Assembly (NCBI GenBank): GCA_037719765.1
Contig: JBBJME010000001.1
Location: forward strand, 12,967 to 76,966
Direction: 5' to 3'
DNA: 64,000 nucleotides
Origin: Planctomycetaceae bacterium
Lineage (GTDB): Bacteria > Planctomycetota > Planctomycetia > Planctomycetales > Planctomycetaceae
In this document: positions 39,741-49,061 of the stretch, piece by piece
Numbering within the stretch: the first letter of the stretch is position 1
How the letters are laid out: the number at the start of each line of letters is the position of its first letter
Translations under genes and position numbers: made by a program
The notes under the pieces: generated by a model
What the model was told of the DNA's origin: nothing
Seen by the model: only the letters and a program-made list of their open reading frames with translations
The model's database searches: none

Positions 39741-40454
39741 GCATTCTGCACTTTCGTCGGCACAGTTCGCCCTTCGACGCTGCTGAAAACTCAGAATGCT
39801 GTCACGACACAGGGTTGTCACGTCATCCAGTATTCCTTCAGCATTGACGACAGCATGAGCCGGCATCTGGCTGACCAGTTCGCGATAGTGTTGCAATCGT
39901 CTGCCGAGATTCTCCGCGGTGCCTTCCTGCTTTCGAGCCAGCATTGTTTCTGGGGACACGTCAAGCAGAATGGTAAGGTGCGGTTTGCTGTAAACCGATC
40001 TCAGAAACCATCCATGGATGCGCTGGCACAGAGACCTGGGCTGGCCGTTGTCGGCGACATCGTACTCATAGTAGTCAACGAAGAAATCCCGATCCTGAAT
40101 CACCACAATCCCGCGAAACAGCCACCAGCGAATCACCACCAGTCGAAAACACTCTTCGGCGACCAGATTTGTCGTACGAACGGCCGATTTGATGAATCTC
40201 GCCGTTCGCTTCAGGAATCCTCCGGAAGTCTTCTCAACTTGCTGTGGATGGCGCGGGCCGTTCGAATCCGGAGGAAGTCCCAGCCATCGCCTTATAGCCA
40301 GCTGCAGGCGTGACGTGGGCAGCATAATATTGCTGGACTCCAGGTTCACTCCCATGTAAATGCGGCGTACCGGAACCGGCATTGTTGTTACAAGCCTTTC
40401 CGTCACGGCAGACTTTCCACTTCCGTCAGGGCCGATGAGTGTGACGCGAATCAT
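39741..40454 (-). CDS. P-loop nucleotide/nucleoside-kinase-like protein (dTMP-kinase-like fold), with no stop codon before the ATP-grasp reading frame
   Basis: MIRVTLIGPDGSGKSAV (Walker A), IQDRDFFVDYY, LLDVSPETMLARK. The start overlaps the stop of the HprK-like gene (ATGA at 40451-40454). The ORF continues uninterrupted into the ATP-grasp N-terminus. Confidence 0.55.
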
Positions 40455-41605
40455 AACATCACGCCTTTGTGAGTGCTAAACAGCGGAGCGATCGTTTCAA
40501 ACATCCGGGCCGGCGACATGGGGTATGGATGGTAAACAATGCTGGCTGGCAAGTGGCTGAGTCGAGCCCTGAGCAAATCTGCCTCCGCCTGACCAGCGGC
40601 AGAGATCCTCGGATTGTGCCGGTCCGGAAATGCGAATCGAAACATTCGGTATTTTTCCAGGAGGTGGCTCCTTTCCTGCTCCAGTGCTGCGGCCAGTGAC
40701 TTGATCACGAAATTCACGTCAACTGGTTCCATTCGATATTCGGGTGAGTCATGTGAGATGACGAACAGGATATGTTCGAGTTGACCACAGGGATTTGTGA
40801 TGGGGGTGTCGAACAGGGCGTTCGGGAGGACCTCCAGATATCGCTGCCGGTTCAGGAGAGAGACAAGCCGTTGTGTGGATCGATGAGGCACAAGCCAATT
40901 CATCGGTTTGGCGGATCCAACCCTTTCAACTGACCCCGCGGCCATTCGAAGGCAGCGCATTTTGAGCCGGTCACGCCAGTCCAGTCGTTGTCGAAAACCG
41001 GGTAGATCATCAACATGCCAATCTCGGACATGCATTGGCTCCGGGATGCCGAACATGGAGTGTTCCTGTACGTAGACCCACTCATCCCCGATGTAACGGG
41101 CACCGTTTGCCATGAATCCCAGGAGAGTTTCCGTCTTCCCGCCCTGCGCCCAGCCTGCACAAAGGATTCCGTGCCCATCGAACTCAAAGGCTGACGCATG
41201 CAGCGGTACTGCACCATGCTGAAGCGCGGTCAGGTTGATGATCTCAATGAGCAGCGGAATCGACCGCAGCCCTGACTCGCAAACGATCTCACACCGCCCG
41301 CCAACATCTTCAAAGGGAACCTGAACGCGAATGGCTGATTTGTTCTTTCCGCGCACAACGAAGAATTGATCGCCGGAAAAACCACAGTCATGACCGCCGA
41401 CAAGGCACATTGGTCCTGCAGTCTCGATGTGGTGCACAAAACGCACGATAATGTCGGGAGTGCGATTTAACGGCTTCTGAATCGGTCCCAACGCCATGGA
41501 GACTGCTGCACAATCTTCTGATCGGTGCGAAACAGCGCGAATGCCGACCAGTCCGTAAAGATCAAAGTCGACGGTATACGAACGATTTGAGACGGGCGCG
41601 ATCAT
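40451..41605 (-). CDS. HPr-kinase-related (HprK C-terminal-domain-like) P-loop kinase
   Basis: LHASAFEFDGHGILCAGWAQGGKTETLLGFMANGARYIGDEWVYV aligns by eye with the HprK core LHG..v...G.GvLi.G.SG.GKSe.aL.Li.rGh.LvaDD.v. The N- and C-terminal regions have no family I recognise. Confidence 0.55.
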   Translation of the reverse strand: MIAPVSNRSYTVDFDLYGLVGIRAVSHRSEDCAAVSMALGPIQKPLNRTPDIIVRFVHHIETAGPMCLVGGHDCGFSGDQFFVVRGKNKSAIRVQVPFEDVGGRCEIVCESGLRSIPLLIEIINLTALQHGAVPLHASAFEFDGHGILCAGWAQGGKTETLLGFMANGARYIGDEWVYVQEHSMFGIPEPMHVRDWHVDDLPGFRQRLDWRDRLKMRCLRMAAGSVERVGSAKPMNWLVPHRSTQRLVSLLNRQRYLEVLPNALFDTPITNPCGQLEHILFVISHDSPEYRMEPVDVNFVIKSLAAALEQERSHLLEKYRMFRFAFPDRHNPRISAAGQAEADLLRARLSHLPASIVYHPYPMSPARMFETIAPLFSTHKGVML

Positions 41606-41934
41606 TCACAGCTCAAGCAGACGGCCAACGCGGATTAATGGAAGAGCCACTGAGAGAACTTAGTTCCGCGAATGCAAGCACGACCGCTCGCTTTCTGAGG
41701 CAAGGTCAATTTAGCCCCCCGGCAACTGGCGTCGATCGCAATTTGCCGAGGTGTTGAGGATTGGGAACATTATCGCGCCGGTCGTTCGGCGTCGGGTAAC
41801 GATTAGGCATGAAATATCGCTTCGATGCGTGAATGCCCGATCGATTGCGCATCAAATTGGATGCAGGGCACCATTGGCCATCCGGTCATGAAGTAGCTTT
41901 TTCGAGACATGCTTTCGGCGGCGGATTGTTGAGT

Positions 41935-41949
41935 TTCCGGATTCCGGAA
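41935..41949. repeat. 7-1-7 palindrome TTCCGGA-T-TCCGGAA (also readable as tandem TTCCGGA x2 plus TTCCGA)
   Basis: Read directly. It sits about 40 nt upstream of the probable start of the chain-length-determinant gene, in the divergent promoter region. Confidence 0.85.
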
Positions 41950-41988
41950 CATTCCGACTCTCAATACGTATGTCCGTGGAACAGGAAC

Positions 41989-43437
41989 ATGCATCCAAAA
42001 GCTCCCTCTACGGCAAGTGTTGACTTAACGCAACTGGTTCGCGGATGGCGAACAGTGTTAGGTACCACTGTTGCCGCGATGGTTCTCGGTGGCATTTTGA
42101 TAAAGACCATCCAGCCTCGGCAGGAAGTCGGTGCAAAACTCCTCGTGGAACTCCGCAGTTCGACAGAAGGCAAGTCCAGTGCGGCCCGCGAGAAAGAGTT
42201 CCTGCCAACACAGGCAGAAGTGATCCGCAGTCCAGGTGTGATCTCCAGCGCAATTCGTCATGTTCAGCCGAAGCTTACAGAGGCCGAGATTGACAGTCGC
42301 GTCCTGCAGGTCGCAGAACAGCTGCAGGTGGATCCACTGGCGGGAACAAATATCCTCCTCGTTCGCTACGCTGATGAGACCTCACAGCGCGCATCCGATC
42401 TGGTGAATGCGCTGATTGATGGTTATCGCGAGTACTTGTCTGTGTCAGAGCAGCAACAACAGCAGGAGATGCTCCATTCGCTGGAGGGTCGAGAGCGTGA
42501 ACTCCAGGCGGTACTGGCAGATCTGCAACTGGAGCATGATCAGCTGATGGTGGCACGAGCCAACGGGACAACAACCGACGGTCAGACATCAGCCCGTATC
42601 CTTGCCGGGCTCGAAGAATCGCTGGCAACTACTCAGAGCCGTCGCCTTCTTTTGGAAAGAACTGCTGATCTGGTCCACGCCGGCGGTAAGGCTCACTTTA
42701 CGAAGGCGGACTCGCCACTTTCGCCAACCGGAGACTCCCCTGACGGCTTTCTCGAGAAAGGTACTTTCGATAATGGCGAACTGCCGTCCGTCCTCCAAAA
42801 TCTGGCTTCCTTAGGCGGCGAGTCGTGGACCGGCATTCAGGCCCCTGCAGGACTCGAAACGAATTTGGCCGATGCCACGCGACGAGTGAATGAGCTGACC
42901 GTAGCTCTGGGACCACAGCATCCCGAACTCCTGGCTGCCCGGGCCACCGTCACCAGATATGAACAGCAACTGTTGCTGCTCGCGGAGACAGCACCGGCCC
43001 GAATTCAGCTTGCACTCAATGCCCTGCGGATTCAGGAAGAATCTCTGCAGCAGCGATACGATGGGCACCTGCGTCTGACCCGCGAGGCAGAAGTGCTGCA
43101 GCTGAAGGAATCCCGTAAACTTGAAGAGATTTCACGGGCTGAACAGGCAAGCGAATCTCTTCAGGCCGAACTGCAGCAGTATCGACTGGCGCATCATTCA
43201 ATGCCTGCGGGCCAGGGCGGAATCGCTGTGACTGTGCTTGAACCACCGATCCCGGCCCCGCGACTATTTGCGGCAAATCCTATGATCGTGATGGGGATCT
43301 CTGGCTTTCTGGGTCTACTGTTTGGCGCCTCACTGCTCGTCATCTTGCCTCAGATTTCATCGCTGCTGTCGCGCCTGCCGCAGGACGGCCTGCGTCAGTC
43401 GGTCAGCGGCCTTCGCGCAGAGGATGCTTGCTCGTGA
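41989..43437 (+). CDS. Polysaccharide co-polymerase / chain-length determinant (Wzz/GumC-like), no kinase domain
   Basis: An N-terminal TM (VLGTTVAAMVLGGILI), a long coiled-coil periplasmic region and a C-terminal TM (MIVMGISGFLGLLFGASLLVIL). There is no Walker A/BY-kinase tail. ATG at 41989. Confidence 0.7.
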   Translation: MHPKAPSTASVDLTQLVRGWRTVLGTTVAAMVLGGILIKTIQPRQEVGAKLLVELRSSTEGKSSAAREKEFLPTQAEVIRSPGVISSAIRHVQPKLTEAEIDSRVLQVAEQLQVDPLAGTNILLVRYADETSQRASDLVNALIDGYREYLSVSEQQQQQEMLHSLEGRERELQAVLADLQLEHDQLMVARANGTTTDGQTSARILAGLEESLATTQSRRLLLERTADLVHAGGKAHFTKADSPLSPTGDSPDGFLEKGTFDNGELPSVLQNLASLGGESWTGIQAPAGLETNLADATRRVNELTVALGPQHPELLAARATVTRYEQQLLLLAETAPARIQLALNALRIQEESLQQRYDGHLRLTREAEVLQLKESRKLEEISRAEQASESLQAELQQYRLAHHSMPAGQGGIAVTVLEPPIPAPRLFAANPMIVMGISGFLGLLFGASLLVILPQISSLLSRLPQDGLRQSVSGLRAEDACS

Positions 43438-44798
43438 CTGCTATTGCCAGCGATCCCACCGTTCCATGCAACGCCGCCTCTCAGGATGTCGGTCGTCCAC
43501 GGATCGCCTACATGATGTCGCGATTTCCAAAGATTACGGAAACGTTTATTCTTTACGAAATGCTGGCCGCAGAAAACGCTGAGGCGTACGTTGAAGTGTT
43601 TCCGCTTCGTAAAGAGCCAACGCAAACGATGCATCCGGAGGCAGTGGCCTATGTGAAACGAGCCCACTTTCTGCCGCTAATGTCATGGGAGATTCTTCGT
43701 GACAATCTGATGCTGCTCGCCCGAAGGCCAGGACTCTGGCTGAGCACATTGTTCACGGTGGTGCGGGCGAATCTGGGGAGTCGCCGCTTCCTGACTGGTG
43801 CTGTGGCCGCCTTTCCCCTGTGCGCGACTTTCGCCCGTCGCATGCTGGAGTCACAGATTGATCACATTCACGCGCACTTCGCCAGTCACCCAGCAGCAGC
43901 GGCGTGGATCATTCATAAGTTCTCCGGCATTCCCTACAGCTTCGTTGCTCACGGCTCTGATCTGCACCGTGATCGGCACATGCTCTGTGAAAAGGTCCGA
44001 GATGCCGCGTTTGTTGTGGCCATTTCCGAATACAACCGTCAGATCATTCTGGATGACACGGGCCACCACTGCGCCGCAAAGGTCAGGGTCATTCACTGTG
44101 GAGTCAACCCTGTTGAGTTTCGTTCAGAAAATAGACCAGAGCCACCCGCCTCGGTAGTGAAGTGCCTGCATGTTTTTTGTATCGGCACACTCCATGAGGT
44201 GAAAGGGCAGCGGTATCTTATTGAAGCGACGCAGCGAGCGATCGCGAAAGGTTTCCAGATCGTGCTGCATTTGGTTGGCGACGGCCCGGATGAACAAAAA
44301 CTGCGGGAACAGGTGACTGCTGCCGGACTGACCGACTGCGTGGTCTTTGAGGGACGCCGCAACCGACATGAGATCATCCGCCTTCTGCACACGGCCGACA
44401 TTCTGGTGGCGCCCAGCGTTCCGACGGCAGACGGTCGTCGCGAAGGTATTCCGGTAGTGCTGATGGAAGCCATGGCGTCCGAAGTGCCGGTGATCGCCAG
44501 TCGATTGTCTGGAATTCCCGAACTCGTGGAGCACAATGCCAATGGCCTGCTGACCGAACCACGGGACGCAGCAGGCATTGCCGACGCAATCGAGCTGCTT
44601 GGCAGTGATTCTGCATTGCGCAGTCGGTTGGGCGTAGCTGGGCGAAACACAGTTCAGGATCATTTCAACATGGAAATCAGTGTTACTCGGCTGCTCGAGC
44701 AGATCCGGCGGATAACGCCAGGCACCAGGACTCGGGCTGGTGCAGGCACTGATGGAAACCTGTATCCGGGCAATCCAAGGTGTATGGTGTCCCCATGA
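43428..44798 (+). CDS. GT4 glycosyltransferase (WcaL-like)
   Basis: RIAYMMSRFPKITETFILYEM N-terminus. EGIPVVLMEAMASEVPVIASRLSGIPELVEH is the E-x7-E region. The start is uncertain (TTG 43428 or GTG 43434). Confidence 0.85.
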   Translation: MLVTAIASDPTVPCNAASQDVGRPRIAYMMSRFPKITETFILYEMLAAENAEAYVEVFPLRKEPTQTMHPEAVAYVKRAHFLPLMSWEILRDNLMLLARRPGLWLSTLFTVVRANLGSRRFLTGAVAAFPLCATFARRMLESQIDHIHAHFASHPAAAAWIIHKFSGIPYSFVAHGSDLHRDRHMLCEKVRDAAFVVAISEYNRQIILDDTGHHCAAKVRVIHCGVNPVEFRSENRPEPPASVVKCLHVFCIGTLHEVKGQRYLIEATQRAIAKGFQIVLHLVGDGPDEQKLREQVTAAGLTDCVVFEGRRNRHEIIRLLHTADILVAPSVPTADGRREGIPVVLMEAMASEVPVIASRLSGIPELVEHNANGLLTEPRDAAGIADAIELLGSDSALRSRLGVAGRNTVQDHFNMEISVTRLLEQIRRITPGTRTRAGAGTDGNLYPGNPRCMVSP

Positions 44799-45976
44799 GT
44801 GTGATTCTATTTTGGTCCTCCATAGCAGTCATTCTTTACACATATCTCGGATTTCCTCTCGTTACCTGGTTACGCAGCGTGTTGCTTCCTCGTCCCTTCC
44901 ATACGGCCGGGATTACTCCCAATGTCAGCGTTCTGATTGCTGCCCATAATGAGGAAAGTAGCATCGGCGACAAAGTTCGCAACATGCTGGCGCTCGATTA
45001 CCCGGCCGATCGCCTGCAGATCGTGGTGGTCTCGGATGGTTCGACCGACCGTACGATGGAAATCCTCCGTACGTTCAACGATCCCCGTGTGATCGTTCTG
45101 GAACTTCTGCGAGGCGGAAAGGCTGCGGCTCTGAACAGCGGTGCAAAACACTGCACGGGAGAAATCCTGGTGTTCTCCGACGCAAACAGTATGTTTGATC
45201 AAGCCGCACTGCGGGCGTTGGTGGCTCCATTTGCAGACACCACCGTCGGAGGAGTCGCGGGAGACCAGCGTTACTTGAAGGGCGGGAGTCGTTCAGCAGC
45301 AGATGCGGGGGAACGAAGTTACTGGAATTTTGATCGAATGATGAAGGACTGGCAAAGCCGGGCTGGAAATGTGACGTCCGCGACCGGCGCAATTTACGCC
45401 ATTCGGTGTTCTCTCTTCCGGACTGTCCCTGAAGGTGTTACAGACGACTTTGCGACATCAACCCAGGTCATTGCACAGGGATATCGCCTTGTGTTTGCGC
45501 CGGACGCAGTGGCGTATGAACCTGTGGCGGCGAGCAGCGGCGTCGAGTTTAGCCGCAAGGTGCGGATTATCACGCGAGGACTCCGCGGAGTCCTGCAGAT
45601 GCGAACGCTGCTGAATCCGCTGCTTCACGGTTTCTATTCGGTCCAACTGTTCTCACACAAAGTCCTGCGACGGCAAATGGCCTTCCCGCTGCTGCTGCTG
45701 CTCATCACCAGTGTTCTGCTGGCCCGCACCTCTCCCGTCTGTCTCTGCGCGGCGATCGGGCAGATCAGTTTCTACGGCGCGGCGGTTGTGGGATGCGTCC
45801 TGAACGCAACAAGTGTCGGATGTAAGAAGCCCTTTTCCATTGCATACTTCTTTTGCCTCGTAAATTTTGCGTGCGTGATCGCAACATTTCATTCCCTGGC
45901 AGGCCGACGTGTCGTTGTCTGGAATCCCCAACGGGCAAAGCCTGAAGAATCAGTGACTTTACTGGTGAAAGGGTAG
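44795..45976 (+). CDS. GT2 glycosyltransferase with C-terminal TM segments
   Basis: VSVLIAAHNEE, VVSDGSTDRT, GKAAALNSG, VFSDANS. ATG 44795 overlaps the upstream stop (ATGA). Confidence 0.85.
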   Translation: MSVILFWSSIAVILYTYLGFPLVTWLRSVLLPRPFHTAGITPNVSVLIAAHNEESSIGDKVRNMLALDYPADRLQIVVVSDGSTDRTMEILRTFNDPRVIVLELLRGGKAAALNSGAKHCTGEILVFSDANSMFDQAALRALVAPFADTTVGGVAGDQRYLKGGSRSAADAGERSYWNFDRMMKDWQSRAGNVTSATGAIYAIRCSLFRTVPEGVTDDFATSTQVIAQGYRLVFAPDAVAYEPVAASSGVEFSRKVRIITRGLRGVLQMRTLLNPLLHGFYSVQLFSHKVLRRQMAFPLLLLLITSVLLARTSPVCLCAAIGQISFYGAAVVGCVLNATSVGCKKPFSIAYFFCLVNFACVIATFHSLAGRRVVVWNPQRAKPEESVTLLVKG

Positions 45977-47487
45977 TGCCGCGTATGGCTGTGTTTCCGG
46001 GAAGCATGTCGGTTCGGATCGACGGTCGCCTTGCGGTGATTGGTCTGGCCTTTCTGTGCGCCGGAATGATTGCGACAGGAGCGATGATCGAGCAGCAACC
46101 GCTGATTGCAGCAGCGGCACTGGTTGTCATTCCGGCCGCACTGATCGTGCTGTTTCGCCCGGAATTGGCCGTGCCTGTGGTTCTGTTCGTGATGTACTCC
46201 AACGCGGCCATCGTAGCCGTTCGATTTCACGGCGCACCTCCGTTTCTCGCCATGCTGGTTCCGGCACCGCTGCTGATTCCGTTCATTTACAACATCATGG
46301 TGTTGCGCCAACCGCTGATCGTGACGCCTGTCCTGCCATGGATTCTCGTATTTGTGGGATGGCAGCTGGTTTGTGCTCTGCTCAGCGTGGACTCCGTAAA
46401 ATCAGTCAGCGGCGTTCTGAGCACGGTCCTCGAAGGACTGCTGTTCTATGTTCTGATCACCAACGTGGTGCGAACTCCGGGAAGTATGAGACTGGGTGTG
46501 TGGGCATTGATGGCAGCCGGGGCCGTTATGGGAAGCGTGTCTGTCTGCCAGCAGGCGACGCGCTCATTCGACTCGAACTTCGGTGGTTTCGGACAGGTCT
46601 CGGAAGGGGACGGATTTGAAGTTGCGGAAGGCCATGGGGTCGTACGTCAGCGACGATTGTGCGGCCCGATCGGTGAGCAGAATCGTTATGCTCAGGTCAT
46701 GCTGATGCTGATCCCGCTGGCTTTGGCCCGCTTCCTTACGGAACGGGCGAACGGTCTGCGATTGCTGGCCCTGGCAGCCGCGGTTCTGACCGCTTTGGGG
46801 TGCGGGCTGACTTTCTCCCGCAGCGGGGCAATTGCCTTCGTGTTAATGCTTCTTGTCGGTCTTGCCGTACGATTTGTGTCACGTCGACAGGTGACCGCCG
46901 TTTTTCTGGGTGGGCTTCTCCTGCTGCTGGCTGTGCCACAGTATCGAACTCGTCTGGCCACAGTCCCTTCGGCTCTGGGAATCTTCGGATCATCTGTGTG
47001 TGCGGAGGAACCGGATGGTGCGATCCTGGGTCGCGCGACGGAAATGCTGGCGGCGGCCCGGATGGCGATTGATCATCCACTGTTCGGCGTTGGTCCTGAG
47101 TTGTCGGGAAGTTTCACTCGCCAATACGGACAGATCGGCGGGTTACGTGCTCTTGAAGGGGACCGGGAAACACATTGTTTGTTTCTTGAGGTAGCTGCAG
47201 AAAGCGGACTCCCGGGAATTCTGTTGTTTCTTGGAATGCTGGCGGCATCCGTCCTGTCACTCCTGCGGATCCGGCAGCAGGTCGTCGGACGAGATCGCGA
47301 ACTTGAGCACACCGTGTCCGGCTTCCTGCTCGCTCTCACTGGTTATCTCGCAATGGGGATCTTTCTGCATATGTCCTACATCCGTTATTTCTGGCTGATG
47401 CTGGCCATGGCCGATGCCTGTTACGGCGTCGCCCTGTCGTCGGCCGCTCAAACGCAGGATCGACGTGCAGAGGAGGCGATTGTATGA
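45976..47487 (+). CDS. O-antigen polymerase/ligase-family (Wzy-like) membrane protein
   Basis: At least 10 predicted TM segments and a large loop containing FSRSGAIAFVL, typical of the O-antigen ligase family. Confidence 0.7.
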   Translation: MPRMAVFPGSMSVRIDGRLAVIGLAFLCAGMIATGAMIEQQPLIAAAALVVIPAALIVLFRPELAVPVVLFVMYSNAAIVAVRFHGAPPFLAMLVPAPLLIPFIYNIMVLRQPLIVTPVLPWILVFVGWQLVCALLSVDSVKSVSGVLSTVLEGLLFYVLITNVVRTPGSMRLGVWALMAAGAVMGSVSVCQQATRSFDSNFGGFGQVSEGDGFEVAEGHGVVRQRRLCGPIGEQNRYAQVMLMLIPLALARFLTERANGLRLLALAAAVLTALGCGLTFSRSGAIAFVLMLLVGLAVRFVSRRQVTAVFLGGLLLLLAVPQYRTRLATVPSALGIFGSSVCAEEPDGAILGRATEMLAAARMAIDHPLFGVGPELSGSFTRQYGQIGGLRALEGDRETHCLFLEVAAESGLPGILLFLGMLAASVLSLLRIRQQVVGRDRELEHTVSGFLLALTGYLAMGIFLHMSYIRYFWLMLAMADACYGVALSSAAQTQDRRAEEAIV

Positions 47488-49061
47488 CTTCCTCAACAGA
47501 CCCGCAAACTGTGACCGGAGCGCACGCCGCACGTCAGGCGACTGCCACGCGCACGCTGATTCGTGGCTCGTCGCTGCTGACGGTCGGCCGCATGATTGCC
47601 ATCGTTCTGAACTTTTTCGTACAGATCATCACGGTTCGCTGTCTGATGAAAGCGGACTATGGTGCCTTCGAGTATGGGCTTTCGATTGCATCCATGGGTT
47701 CCAGTATCGCTGTGTTCGGTCTGGGCCGCGCGCTCAATCGGTTCGCCCCGATGTTTCATGAACAACGTGAATTCGGGCGGCTGGCAGGGACAATCGTCCT
47801 GGCACTGGGATGTGTGTCGGGCATTGGTATCGGCGTGGTACTGCTGGTGATCGCCGCTCAGGGCTTCATCGGATCGACAATCGTGCAGGATCCCCGGTCT
47901 CTATCGTTGCTGATCATTCTGATCCTGTTAGCTCCGCTGCGGGCCCTGGATTCAATTTTTGAAGAACTGTTCGCTGCGCTCGCAAAACCGAAAGCGCTGT
48001 TTTTCCGACGCCACCTGCTCGGACCGCTGCTGAAACTGCTCGCACTGGCAACCCTTGTCTTTTCCGGATCCGATGCCAGGATGCTTTCCATTGCGTTCGT
48101 TGCAGGAGGGGTCATAGGTACGTGTTGCTCGGCCGCTCTGCTGTGGTATCTGCTGAAGCAAGCCGGACTCTTGTTACACTTCCGCCGCCACGCGATTCAG
48201 ATTCCAGCACGGCAGATGCTGGGTTTCAGCTTTGCGCTTTTGTCGGCTGACCTGCTTGTGATCGTACGCAGTTCCTGGGTCACACTGATTCTGGAATTCT
48301 GCCACGGAGCTGTTGGCGTCGCTGCATTTCGAGCGGTCCTGCCGATCGCCGGGCTGAACACATTCGTTGCCGACAGCTTTAGAATGCTGTTTTCCCCGGC
48401 CATTTCCCGAATGTACGCTCGGGGCGATATGTCCTCAATCGATCGCGTCTATTGGCGCACGACATCGTGGATTGCTGTCGCGACCTTCCCGCTGTTCTTG
48501 TGCTGTATCAGTCTTGCAGACTTCGTCACTGTGACATTGTTCGGTAGTGAGTACGCCGATTCCGCGGAAATCCTGAGACTGCTTGCCACTGGTTTCTATG
48601 TCAGCTCCGTGACCGGCTTTAACAATGACGTGTTGAAAGCTCATGGTCATATCGGCCGGATGTTTCTGACGGACATTTTTACAGTGGCAGTGGCAGTCAT
48701 CCTGAATCTCTGGCTCGTTCCGCAATGGGGGGCCTTCGGAGGGGCGCTGGCGACGGTCGCCGTTCTCCTTATACGCCCGATCGGCAATCAAGTCACAATC
48801 TTCCGTCTGGGCCTGCTTCGCGAAGTTGACTGGAGTTGTTTACGGCTGTTGCTGGTGATGCTGGCCATCACGGTTGTGGCCTGGTTTCTGCCGCCTTTGA
48901 TGGGAAACAGCGTAAGCGCTCAGTTTGTCACCACCATTGGAGGCATCGTCCTGACACTGATAGCCGGCCTGCCGCAGATTGAAATTCAAACAACGTTTCC
49001 GGAACTGATGCGATGGCGACCAGTTCGTCGGTTCTTTGAGCGGAAAGGAGCGAACGCATGA
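47484..49061 (+). CDS. Wzx-like oligosaccharide flippase (MOP superfamily)
   Basis: Polytopic, about 14 TM, with the N-terminus IRGSSLLTVGRMIAIVLNFFVQIITVR typical of polysaccharide biosynthesis/flippase proteins. ATGA overlaps at both ends. Confidence 0.8.
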   Translation: MTSSTDPQTVTGAHAARQATATRTLIRGSSLLTVGRMIAIVLNFFVQIITVRCLMKADYGAFEYGLSIASMGSSIAVFGLGRALNRFAPMFHEQREFGRLAGTIVLALGCVSGIGIGVVLLVIAAQGFIGSTIVQDPRSLSLLIILILLAPLRALDSIFEELFAALAKPKALFFRRHLLGPLLKLLALATLVFSGSDARMLSIAFVAGGVIGTCCSAALLWYLLKQAGLLLHFRRHAIQIPARQMLGFSFALLSADLLVIVRSSWVTLILEFCHGAVGVAAFRAVLPIAGLNTFVADSFRMLFSPAISRMYARGDMSSIDRVYWRTTSWIAVATFPLFLCCISLADFVTVTLFGSEYADSAEILRLLATGFYVSSVTGFNNDVLKAHGHIGRMFLTDIFTVAVAVILNLWLVPQWGAFGGALATVAVLLIRPIGNQVTIFRLGLLREVDWSCLRLLLVMLAITVVAWFLPPLMGNSVSAQFVTTIGGIVLTLIAGLPQIEIQTTFPELMRWRPVRRFFERKGANA

